From assembly GCA_965637545.1 (NCBI GenBank), contig OZ281497.1, positions 21,886,001-21,950,000 of the forward strand: DNA of 64,000 nt, written 5' to 3'. This document shows positions 50,801 to 64,000 of this stretch, piece by piece; position 1 is the stretch's first letter, and every line of letters starts with the position of its first letter. A program made the position numbers and the translations under genes. Source of the DNA: Phallusia mammillata. Lineage: Eukaryota. The notes below the pieces were generated by a model. That model worked only from the letters and a program-made list of their open reading frames with translations. It searched no databases and was not told the DNA's origin.

Positions 50801-53800
50801 ACATTCGCAGAGTTCACATCCATTTTCATTCTTAGCCAGGCCCAATTCACACCCGAGCATTTCGGCTGTACAGGCATGCGCTTGACAAGGAATGGCCGGC
50901 TCTTCAACTACATTTCCCCCCTCTGACAAAGCACCAGGTTTGCTTTTGAAACCGCACACGGTGGAACATTCGTCCATGGTCTGTTTGGGAAGTCGTTACA
51001 CCGTTGTTAATTGGTGTTTGACTAGTTTTGCGATTTCGACACATGTGTAATGAAAGAGTTTTAGGGGAGACAATTCTTGAAGTTATGAGAATTGTTTCCA
51101 AAAACGTTTAAAGAAACCACTAAAATTAACAGTGAAAATTAAAATCTGTTTAATTTAACAGTTTTACAGTTACTGCTTTTTACTAATGTCACGTTTCAAA
51201 ATGATTTAAAAACACTTCTCTTGCTAAACGTCTGTGTTCAAAATACACTTCATTAAAATAATGTATGTAATGAGTTTATCCCGTAAATAAGTACAGATAA
51301 ATAACGCTAAGGATAAAGGTATAGAAAATCTTTGCCTCAAAGTTGTTGTTATTTCCGTTGCAACCGCCATAGATGAATTTCTTACAATGAGCGGCTGCTC
51401 TGTCGTAGTAATACCTCAAGTGATTACCTCTACACGGCCCTTGTTCAGGAACTAACATACATGCTCCCCTAAAATCAAAACACGGTAAATTATAAATGCA
51501 AAACTATATATATACCATATACATTATGATTTAGTTTATTATAAATAGCGAATGAGGCCTAAGATTTTTTTTACGATTGGCGCACTTTCTCATTAAAATG
51601 GTAATTTTTTTATTCAACTTTCGGACTTGCGATTGGTTGAAAAGAGCCAATTAATTTATATGTTACGGCTTTTGGAGATTTAAATGTGATCAAGTTTAGC
51701 GAAGGTCTTAAACAAAGAATATTCTCATGCAAATAGAAATCTTGAACTCAAACAAAACTCACTTGTCAACAGATTCGCTAGATGAACGCGGCTCCTTTTC
51801 AAGCATTGCACATTGGCAAGTGTCACATCCACGTTCGTCCTTTGCGAGTCCGAATTCACATCCAAACATCTCCGCAGTGCAAGCATGCAGCGGGCAGGCA
51901 AGCGGCTCTTCAATCACATTTCCCCCTTCTGATAAAGAGAACAGTGCACAAGATTATCAGTGTTGTCAGCGAAGTAAAATACCAATAAACATTGAAGTTA
52001 GAAAAGTTGACAAGGAGGTTATTGGCCCTACTCACCGCCTGCACATTCGCAAAGATCGCATCCGTAGGCATTTTTAGCCAATCCCCGTTCACATCCCAAC
52101 ATTTCAGCAGTACATGCATGCAATGGGCAACCGACTTCAACCCCATTTCCTTCTGACAAAGCACCAGCTTTGCTTTTGAAACCGCAAACGGTGGAACATT
52201 CGTCCATGGTCTGTTTGATAAAGTTTGTGTTTGTTAAAGTTCTGTTTCGACACTGCTGTAGGGATTAAGATTTTTGTACAAAACACTTATTAAAGTTTAA
52301 AAATACAATTACTTGGCTATGTTGGGAAAAAAGTGTGTGGAATTGGTTAACCATTGAAATAAGAGTACCCTACTATATTTAAACATTTATCCTGTGAAAG
52401 AGTACAAAAAAAATACGTTGGGCATAAAGGTACCGTGTATCTTTTTTACCAGTTATATTTACCTCGAAATTGTTGTTATTTCCGTTGCAACCTCCGTAGA
52501 AGAACTTTTTACAGTGAGCGGCTGCTCTGTCGTAGTAGTACCTCTCGTGACTACCTTTGCACGGCCCTTGTTCAGGAACTAACATACATGCTCCCCTGTA
52601 AATAAAAACCACGACAAGTTTTACATTCGAAATCAATTATCAGGTGTGAGTTTTGTTAATTATCATAACAATGTATCGAATCCAACAGCTTTGTATGATC
52701 GCCAAAGACTCTGTTTCAAATATAGTTGGGACTTTTAGACGCGCGATTATCAGCAAAAAAATAATATAATTTAGTCCCGAGCCCAAAATGTTTCTTTTGG
52801 GTTTAAATATGACCAGGTTTGACCATGGCCTTACTAACCCAAGAGTGAACATCCTTATTCAAATAGAAAAGTGTAAATTCAAACAACACCTACTTGTCGA
52901 CAGTTTCGCTGGAGGCTCGCGGTTCCTTCTCAAGGATTGCACATTGGCAAGTGTCGCATCCGCGTTCGTCCTTTGCAAGTCCGAACTCACATCCAAACAT
53001 CTCCGCGGTGCAGGCATGCAGCGGACAGGCAAGCGGCTCTTCAATCACATTTCCTCCCTCTGACAAACGCAAAGTTTACCAGTGTTTTCAGGCAAGTAAA
53101 TACCCAACAATCAGTAATTAAAACGTTTAATAACTTGTCATGGAAACTTTTTCTTAACACTCACCGCCAGCACACTCGCAAAGATCGCATCCGTTTGCGT
53201 TTTTAGCCAGTCCTCGTTCACATTGCAACATTTCAGCAGTACACGCGTGCAGTGGACAAGCGACAAGAGGCTCTTCAACCAAATTCTCCTTGCTTTTTAA
53301 ACCGCAGACGGTGGAACATTCGTCCATGGTCTGTTTGATAAATCGTAACAAAGGTGTTAGTTCGTGTTTATACGCTTTGCTGTTTCGACACAGTTGTAAT
53401 GATGACGAGTTATATAACACTTGTCGAAGTTTAAGAAACAATTGCTTGGATATGCTGTGACGAAAGTGTATGCTAATTGGTTAATTATTGAAATAAGAAT
53501 ACTATTTAAAAGTTTGTGCTGTTAAAGAGCAAAGAAAGATTAAGATGGGGATATAGATAAAGAGGATATTTTCACAAACAATTGAATTCACCTCAAAATT
53601 GTTGTTATTTCCGTTGCAACCTCCGTAGAAGAATTTTTTACAGTGAGCGGCTGCTCTGTCGTAGTAATACCTCTCGTGACTACCTTTGCACGGCCCTTGT
53701 TCAGGAACTAACATACATGCTCCCCTGTGAATCAAAAACAGGGAAAATTTTACATTCAAAATCAATTATCAGTTGTGAGCTATTAGGTTATGATAAAAAT

Positions 53801-56800
53801 ACATGTAACCAGGTTTGGTTAAAGTATTATAATAGCAGAAGAATATCCTTATTCAAATAGAAAATTGTGAACCCAAACAAAACTTACTTATCGACAGTTT
53901 CGCTCGAAGAACGCGGTTCTTTCTCAAGGAGTGCACATTGGCAAGTGTCGCATCCACGTTCGTCCTTTGCCAATCCAAATTCACATCCAGCCATTTCAGC
54001 GGTACAAGAATGTAGCGGACAAGGAACTAATGGTTGTTCGACTACATTTCCCTCCTCTGACAAAAGCACAATATACGTGATGGTTACCAATATTGTACAC
54101 TGTTACCAGATAAGTAATTTATCAACAAACAAACATCATTTTGTAGCAACCCGGTTTGTGGATCCCAATGTTTAAAATTGGATTGGTTTTTGAAATGTCT
54201 TAACATCGAAATCGTAATAATTTTTGGCTAATCTAACTGGTGGCTAGATATATTGGCTTGAACAAGAGCAACATAAAGGATTGTTATAACTGTAATTGTA
54301 AAGTCATTTCGAAAACCGATTTTTATAACTGTAATTGTAAATAAGATACTTGAATCCAGTGGAGTCGGGTTGCAAATTTTTTAACCGACTTTACAACCTT
54401 GAGAAAAAACGCTTTTTTAGAAATATAACTCCGGTTATTGAGCACGATTGTTTCAAAACGGTTCTAGTCTCCATTACTGCAAAATTGTTATTGCCCGAAG
54501 TCAGATTTGTCAAACCATTTAAGGTTTTCATCAGAGTAAACATTCGCTAAACATGAAAAAGCGATGAATACTGCGTTCGGATTTCTAAAAACGTTTTTTT
54601 GGAAGGCGCACAAAAGCACAACACCCACCACTTTCGGGTTCGGGCCGGGTTCGGGCTCGACTTCCAGGCCCGTTTACAACTCTGAGCACAACACCTATCA
54701 ACACTAACCTTCACATTCACACAGTGTGCATCCGTAATAGTTGGTCTTCAGTCCAGTACCAGCGGCACAGTTAAGAATTTCCGGAGTGCACCCGTGAAGC
54801 AAACAAGGAGCCGGTTTTGGTTCCTCGACAGCAGCTTTGCTTTTCAAACCGCAAGCGACGGAACATTCTTCCATAGTCTGTTTGCGAAATCGTAACACTG
54901 GAGTTAGTAGATGTTTGCTAAGGTTCGATTTATCGCATAATGACAACGCTTTATAGGTAGCTAACATGAAAAATTACTATTCGGGTTTATTGGGGCAAAG
55001 CCTATGATCAACTTGTTGTGAAATTTGTGAAAAAGTTTGTTTAACTCAAACTTATGAACAAAGAACAAAGCGTTTTTTTACAATTTGAATATTGGTAAAT
55101 TTAATATTTGGGCAGAAAACCGCGCATGTTATAATTACCGTATATACTCGCTAATAGGTCGCGCCACCGTATAGGTCGCGCCACCGTATAGGTCGCACTG
55201 TTAGTTTTGTGTTAAAAAAGTTTAATTTAGAGTTGACTCGCACATAAGTCGCACTGAAAATCTAGGGATTTAAAAGGCCCTTTCCCTAGCTTTTTTGGTT
55301 GCAATTGTTTGTTTTTTAGCATTGAACTGCATTGCATTGAAACCGCAAAACCATTTTTTCTCAACAAAGTGGGAAAATCCAATGCACGCTGAGCGGTCGC
55401 ATGTGCGTGTGCGCTCATGAAACTGTCTCGCATTGGTATGTGCGTGCACGAGCGCATGCACCCGTATTTGCACTTATGTCGAGCGGATAGGTCGCACCTA
55501 TAATTTTTTTTTTTAAATATAAGCAAAAAAGTTGCGACCTATCCGCGAGTATATACGGTATAGATACAGACGAAAACTTTTTTCATCAGCAGTTAACCTC
55601 AAAGTTGTTTGCATTTCCGTCGCATCCGCCGTAGAGAAACTTTTCACAATGCGCGGCAGCTCGGTTGTAGTAATACCTGATGTGCTGGGCTTTGCATCGT
55701 CCCTGCTCGGGTAGCAACATACAAGCTCCCCTAACGATAAAACACCGTTCTTAATTTCAAAACTTGTGTAAACCTGTTTTAGATATGAGCAAGATTTGTT
55801 TTAGATTTGTCTCTGGTTTACACCTTTGATTTAAACCAAGTTATCAGTTTGTTTTTCAAGGTAAAAAGCATCGAATGGAAAACGCCCGTTATAACTTAAT
55901 GAATACAATATTAAAGAAAAAATAAAGTTGTATTATAGCTTCTCCAGACCGAAACCATTTTCCAAGTTCAGGAACAAAACGTTTTCATACTCAAATTAAA
56001 TTGGTTTGGAAACGAAAAAAAAACTTATTCGAACAGAATCGGAAAAACGTCACTTACTTGTCGATAGATCCGCTGGAGGCACGTGGTTCCTTTTCAAGGC
56101 CTGCTTAAACGTGATAAAATTAGTGTTTCAACAAATGGAGCAAACTTTCATTTAAAACTCAATCTTTGACTCATACCCTTTAGTTACCTTTATGCGGCGT
56201 CTTTCCGAAAGCCGAGTCGATTTCTGGAAAACAATGATATTTTAGGTTTAATTGAAGTAGGTTGATCGTAAGCATAACCTAACGCAGTGATTCTCAAACG
56301 CGGCTCCCAAATATTCATTTTGCTGCTAACACCACCCCTCAGAAAACCACCAAAGATTGCTATTTTTTGTAAAAGCATAGAGCCAATAAATGATAAGCTG
56401 CAGACAGTGCACACTGAGTTGCTTGGCCATTGTGAGCCAGTTTCATCTGTGCTGTATGTCCAGTTGTGGTATCGCACAGACTAGGTGATGCATGGGGTTG
56501 TGCCCTGTGCTCCCAACAAACTGGAGTGCCGTTGAATGGCTACACTAGCCAATGCGGCCGATCTCTCGTCACCAGCTGCACTGATGAGACCTTATAGGTC
56601 GAAACAGTGTGCACTGTCTGCAGATTGCTATTTTAGCTTTCAAAGTAATAATCTTTAATGATTTTCTCAAGGTTTCGTTTTTTTTGCGGCTCCCTACACA
56701 CTTGGCCCCGATAATAAAAAAGTTTGACGTAACGTACGTGTTAAAAATTATAACAAGACTAAATAGCATTGACATATACCTGCGCATTCACAAACTGGAC

Positions 56801-57416
56801 ATCCACGGACTTGCTTCAGCTCTGCACAACCGAGAGTCTGTGCTGTGCAGGCGTGGAAAGTGCATGCCTTTTCCGAACGAGTATTCACCTGACGAACAAA
56901 AATTCTTAATCCAAGAGAATACAACCAAAAATCTATATCTATAAACTGTGTACCAACCTTTTCGTTATCTTCCAAGATCGTATTCAACTGTAATGCAGCA
57001 TAATTTAAATTAATTGAAACGAATGTGTATAAAAGCATTAGTGTATAAAAGCAAAGGTTTTTGGCAAAATCGTTACATTTTTGAGCTAGTCTAGTTATTT
57101 GGGATTCCCCAACCGTTCGTGACAAAAATTCCTCCACTTACCGCGTTCCGTAGTGCAACAATCTGCAAAAATAGTTCAAAAATAATTTCATGTTAATAAG
57201 CAATATCAGATAAAAATCACGTTATGTTATGCAAAATATGACGAATAAACAGCATGCAAAGGATAAAAAATCACCTTTTCCTTGCTATTGTCGGTCGTTC
57301 CATACGCACAACCTAAACACAAAAAATAGTTTAAAAAATATTTTGTTTTTTTAACCCAAAAATATGCAAGACCTACCACAAAACATCAACGTTACGATGA
57401 TGTACAAAACCTTCAT
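47841..57416 (-). CDS. Secreted multidomain protease inhibitor: signal peptide, 4 Kunitz, 10 antistasin-like, 1 thyroglobulin type-1 domain
   Basis: Signal peptide MKVLYIIVTLMFCGCAYG. Kunitz exons at ~55593-55731, 53592-53726, 52463-52597 and 51335-51469 (C..P..G.CK/RG...YYY......C..F.YGGC.GN.NNF | ..EC...C). Antistasin-type CxxxxC..C..G..GCxxCxC exons. TY exon 48526-48206 (PSC..DG.Y...QC...CWCVD..TGEE). Last exon ends with TAA at 47841. Confidence 0.85.
48587..48900. repeat. Intronic tandem duplication (~150-bp unit, 2 copies + fragment)
   Basis: TGTGAGCGCATGCG...TTTTTTCGTGCATGTTG...TAACACTACAAATTGCT...GTTACTCTTTTGTGAGCG repeated from 48587, 48733 and ~48889. Confidence 0.8.
49431..49919. 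mobile_element. hAT MITE
   Basis: TIR CAGGGGCGGGGAACC / GGTTCCCCACCACTG; TSD atctggtg/atctagtg. Confidence 0.85.
55138..55558. mobile_element. Tc1/mariner (pogo-like) MITE
   Basis: TIR CCGTATATACTCGC / GCGAGTATATACGG flanked by TA; internal 16-bp tandem ATAGGTCGCGCCACCG. Confidence 0.85.
56367..56621. mobile_element. ~255-bp hammerhead-bearing insertion (Penelope-like/retrozyme-like) with 13-bp TSD
   Basis: AGATTGCTATTTT at 56354-56366 and 56622-56634. 19-nt perfect inverted repeat 56398-56416 / 56605-56623. Lies inside a truncated hAT MITE (left TIR at ~56285). Confidence 0.75.
56576..56623 (+). ncRNA. Type I hammerhead ribozyme, intact core (copy B); predicted cleavage after GUC at 56618
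   Basis: Stem I ctgca/tgcag; CTGATGA; stem II gacc[ttata]ggtc; GAAA; stem III cagt[gtgc]actg; TC. All consensus core nucleotides and three helices are present. Confidence 0.9.
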
Positions 57417-57500
57417 ATTTCTCTTGCTTCAGTTCTTCCCTTGATTCTTCTTCGTCACCTGTTTCAGCTTCTGTAGGTGTCTGAGGCGAATGGTCTGGCC

Positions 57501-57506
57501 TTTATA
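57501..57506 (-). promoter_or_regulatory. TATA box of the inhibitor gene
   Basis: TATAAA on the minus strand about 85 nt upstream of the ATG at 57416. Confidence 0.55.
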
Positions 57507-58808
57507 TCCTCACAAAATCGGGTAAAGGCATGCCATGTCTCACTCTTTATTCTTTTGTGTGTCTTCCGGCATCCTTGGTTGAACTTTCCATACCGGCTTT
57601 ATCGCCTGCGCCCAAGCCACAGAAGACAAGCTCGTGTTTTACTACTGGGCGGACCTTATTGTTTCAACAGGCTACGAGGTTGGGGACACGTTGACTATGT
57701 TTGCACAGTGTTGTCCCAAAGGCGTGCTTTATCGAATTTTACAACTCGGTAAACAACTTAAGCTGCAAGATAGTACACATTGTCGTGATTCATCCCCGAT
57801 GCAACGTGCAGAGTCAGCGACTTCACTACACCAACCCTAAACCAAGGTGCCAATCATTAAGTAATATGCAATAAATGGTAAGACCGGGTGAGTCACGTTC
57901 GAACATACGAGCCCCCAATTTTATGATTAATTGAACTTTGACAAGCTATGTTACACAACGTTAATTTATCACTTATGTATTCGTGGTCTTGAAATTCAAG
58001 TCTTTTAAGCAGTAAAACTCGGATGTGGTAAAATCGACTTTACCTTTGTGAATTTACTTTGTCTGGTCTGGAAAATAGCACAGAAAGTCGCTTGTGTCCC
58101 ACCAGCTGGGTAAAGTTTATGGGTTTTAAGATCGACTCTGCATGATATCCAACGTTTTAGGTCATAGTGACTCTGCGGCCAATAGACAGACGCTTTATTG
58201 AAAAAGAACTTCGCCCAACTAACAGAGCTTTACTAACCTAAAGTAGGATGTATGGTGGCCGACAGCTGCCTCTCAAAAAATAAAAATAATCAACAAAATA
58301 AATAAAAAATTTCCAAACTAAATAAAAATATTCACAAAATTTTATCAAAGAAAAAATATTTCAAAAATAAAATAAAAAAAAGTAAAAGCACAAAATTTTG
58401 TTCAACCCGTGGCCGAGAACTGCCATTGCCTTTAAAATGCATTGTGTGGCAGCGGATAAACCCGTTTGAAGAACTGCCATTTGAATGAGAATTGCCTTTG
58501 AAATGCATTATTCCGGCCGATGGCTGCCATTGGGCGGTTTTCCGCCGAACTGGGCTGGCGGTTATTTGGGCGGGTTGTCGAAAACGTCGATTGTAATTTT
58601 ACATGTTTTTTACATGTCACACGTTCTTATAGCACACGATGTACTACACTTTATATTCTGGTGTATTGCAAAAACTAACCAGTATGACTGGCAAACTGTT
58701 GTTTAAGAAAACAAAATGCATCTGCACATTTCGAAACATCAATTTGCAGTAGATTCGGAATTACTGATGCACATTTAAGTCTAAATTCCTCTGACAAACA
58801 GTCTGGAC

Positions 58809-59399
58809 CAGGGGTGGGGAACCTTTTTGTTTGTGAAGGCCGCCAAACGGTTTATCGACACTCGTTTAGGCCGTACAGACTATTTGCCAGTCCAGGGGCA
58901 GTGTGTTCAAACTTTTTGACTTACAGACTGGTCGATGTGCTATTGAACTTACGGTCCAAGCTAAATAAAATTCCTCACTACAACATTCGGGATTTTATTA
59001 ATGTAGCAACTCGCTTGTTTACCAATATTAATCTACGAGCAGCTTGTGACATCACAGACGAGTTTAAGACATTCAATTATGCGCAAACAATTGTTCTTTT
59101 ACAACACAAGTAAGATTGTAGAACCTGGGTTGTAGATTGTAGAACTTTGCAGACCTCCGGAAATCGCTTTGTGTACCAGTACGCAACCACTTGGCTCTAG
59201 GTGCAAAAACAGCTGCCCTAGAACCAATCAAATAGTAATGTGGAATAAAGGTAAAAAAATACGTTTCTGTCTAGTTTTTTGTGCCTGGTGCAGTGTGTAT
59301 TATCAACATCCTAAATTGTATTTTGACATCGAAGGCCGCACCTAGTGCCCTAAAAGGCCGCACCTAGTGCCCTAAAAGGCCGCAGGCTCCCCACCCCTG
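58809..59399. mobile_element. hAT MITE
   Basis: TIR CAGGGGTGGGGA / TCCCCACCCCTG; perfect TSD gtctggac; internal 22-bp tandem near the right end. Confidence 0.9.
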
Positions 59400-59984
59400 G
59401 TCTGGACCATCAAAAACTCCAGACACTTCTACAGCCTTTTCAAGTTGTTCAGTCGACACAACCAAACCTATCAACAATATTTAACGGCAAATCAACTTCA
59501 GATTAAAAAAAAACAACTATAGCAATGGTAGGCAAGCCCTAAAATTTAACAGCCACCATAACTGTACACTCCGCGGCCTAGCCCACTTACATCATGCCAC
59601 TAGCAGGTAACTTTACTGAAAATTAATACACATTGCTACAAATGCTTCGTGACACTTCGCTACGTTTGTACTGCACTGTGAATTGTGTAAATTTGGTATA
59701 AATTGTTTCCAAACTCTCCGTTTTCAAAGTTGTATTGATTGTAAATGAAAACTTGAGTTTGAAGTTATTTAATTCTTGCGAAATAATTTAAACAACCCTT
59801 ATGTGCATAACCGCTAGTGGGCAGTGTGAAGACGTACCGCGAGATCGAGCAAAATTACAAAACACAAAACAAAACGTCAATCAACTACATTAATGGAATT
59901 TGTCAGGCACATAACCTGAACTGTGAACTGTGAAGTGTTTGCACTTGGTGCATATTTTACCTATTCAAGTTTCTTGAATTAGCA

Positions 59985-61580
<1,596 letters not shown>

Positions 61581-62639
61581 ACAAACTATTTGCAATTGCT
61601 TTTTACAGGTCGAAGCAAAAGGTTTTGTTCTGCCAAGAGAATAGCACACACAAAATTGCATGTGATACCAGTGAAAGCTATGCACAACTGACCACCTTCA
61701 ACTCAACTCAAATAATTGAGGAATCACACTTTTGCGTGAAGCAAGTTATACTACCACTTGCAACATTAGTTGTTTTTGTGCCTTGTATGTATTGACAATC
61801 AATGGTGGAAATGTATTTATCATGCAGGTTGAGTTGTTGGTTGCAGTTCAACACCAACTAACAGATATTTTCAGAAAAGTTTGAAAATCCTTTCTTCAAA
61901 AATTGAAATGGCCAACTATACATGCACTTTTTATTTCCACTTTGAAGCTGAAAAATAGTGCTGCTAGTGTAACATTTGAATTATATCTACATTCATACAA
62001 AACAACTTATCAGCATGTATTAATATATACTTGGTGATTTTTTTGCGTCTTGAAAGCCTACAATACGGTTCCAAAGGAACGGATCCTGTGAAACTTTATG
62101 ATTTATAACAAATTAGGAAACAAAACTGCGCTTTTTGTCTCTTTGAAAGTATTTCTATTTGTCAAAAACAGGACTGTTTGGGTTGTAAGTTGTAACAACA
62201 TGTGATATAACGTTTTGCTTACGCAGATATGGTAACCCTACTACTGACCCCCCAAAAGTTTGAGGCCAGACTTAGGCAACAGTCTATTGCTTTTCATACG
62301 TTCCGCTTTTTAATGTCAAACAAATATTCGGTACCACAACATTGCAAAACATGTGCATCTTGCGCGAGCGGAGTTAAAAAATTAGCACAATAGAAATCTT
62401 ACCACCCGAAGAATCAACCCATTCATTAGTTTTCGTCACAGGTGGGCATTATGACGTAATACACACTTAAAATATTCATTCAAAATTGGTGGCTATTCCA
62501 AACGACAACTACTTGACAAATCAGGTTGTGGCGTTTATTTTCAGTAGTGTGTTAAATTTTACGTGGGTGTTGTCATGGTCAGTGATGCGTTGGATCCCAA
62601 GAATGGAGAAAAGCGCGATTTTACACTGCGCAACCATAG

Positions 62640-62780
62640 ATGCAGTTTATGCCTGATATTCACGCAGTTATGGATGGTTCGCTTATGAAATCTGCGCATA
62701 ATTATATACATATAGCCATAAATAACCTCACTGGGATAATAAAAGGCGTTAAATGGCTCAGTTGGGCATTTGCAGGATCA
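62640..62780 (+). CDS. Possible first coding exon of an unidentified gene
   Basis: ATG-initiated frame MQFMPDIHAVMDG...KWLSWAFAGS ending at a CAG|GTAAC donor; no downstream exon could be established. Confidence 0.2.
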
Positions 62781-64000
62781 GGTAACTACGCAGTATTCAG
62801 TAACTTGACGTCTTTAATGATTAACTATGTTTTTTATTTTGTTTTTTTTGTGTTTATATACCATGGTTATAAAACGGAAAAGAAATACAAATAATCTGTC
62901 CTAGATTGCATTTTTGGATCAATATTATATCATAAGCATTGCATTTTCCCCAATAGTCAATTAGTCATGAGCCAGGTGTACAATAGACCACAGTCAAGTA
63001 TACAAATTTGTTTTAAAAATGCTATGTGTTTGTTTTTACAATGCAGTGTGTTTGTTGGATTGTAATTTACCAAAAAAACAACTTGTTTTGAAGATTTTTT
63101 GAAAGTACCAATGGATAACAGATTTCTTGTATATTGTGGCAATCACAATAACTGTGTGCAATTTCGTATTTGTACAAACTACAAATTCATAAAATCAGGT
63201 TCCAGCTTTGGGTTTTGCCAATTTCATATGTATACAATATTATTTGTTAAACAGTTTTTATTTGTTTTTATGTGCTACACTGTCCTTGCTAAACCATATA
63301 ATTTGTTTAGGCTGGTCGTTATACATCTAACTCTGATTTTTAATTGTGTCAATAGAGCATCAATTTCTTTCACCAAGCAAAATAAACTCAACTCAATTTA
63401 TTTCATTTACTGGGTATAAATACTCTTGGTTGGCTTAATAAAGAAAACTTCTTTGAAATGATTTAGTGACTTAGATAAATTTCAACTAAGCTGCATTAAT
63501 TTATCAACCAATTAAAACACATTGCAAGGCTCCACTTAAACCATTGTTTGCATGATTGATTTTACATTTTCCAATCTACAGAGTGTTCTGTTTTTTTATT
63601 ACAGCAGTATTGATTTTTGTGTCACAGGGGAGCTAGCACTGTTACCAGCTATTTTTTTTATCCAATAATGCGAAAGAGTTTTTTGCCAATCAGCATTAAG
63701 TGCACAATGTGATTTGTGACATTTGACTCTTAACTTATTCAGTTGTTTACAGTGCTCTTGAAGAGCATGACAGTCTAACTATGCTTGTGCTTTGAAACAT
63801 GGTAGCATGCTTGAGATTTGCATTATATCACTGAAATAAAGGTGTATGGTATCCTAAGAATAATAATGGTAGCATAGTTTAATATGTTTGAAACCTGTTG
63901 AATACTGTAACAATTGCTTGGCATTTGAAAGCTTCTTGGCAAACAGAATTTTGTTCACAAAGTTTATTGACAAACAGTAATCTTGTTTGGCTCTTCAAAC

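Noticed and set aside
54490-54535. Minus-strand CTGATGA + 5-bp stem + GACA resembling a third hammerhead (similar case at ~47049 on the plus strand)
   Set aside because: GAAA is broken and neither stem III nor stem I can form.

Overview
AT-rich eukaryotic (metazoan) DNA with compact GT-AG intron genes and many small transposon relics. An invertebrate chordate such as an ascidian is plausible but only inferred. Genes reconstructed by hand: PET100 (-, 3 exons, mostly missed by the ORF track), intronless EXD3/mut-7 (-), HDAC11 (+), RIB43A/RIBC (-), an SLC7 amino-acid transporter light chain (+), an intronless ADP/ATP translocase (-), RPL29 (+), LIN37 (+), an XBP1-like bZIP factor (-), a secreted Kunitz/antistasin/thyroglobulin-1 multidomain protease inhibitor (-) and IDI1 (+). 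Two observations stand out. (1) The PET100 stop codon lies only 2 nt before the EXD3 start (TAA-CA-ATG), implying a dicistronic or overlapping expression unit. (2) A dispersed type I hammerhead-ribozyme element is present: one copy has an intact core inside a ~255-bp insertion with a 13-bp target-site duplication and inverted ends, and a second copy is diverged. Both copies keep an upstream hairpin that would sequester the catalytic core. No database searches or folding programs were run; homology calls rest on recalled motifs and coordinates were counted manually.
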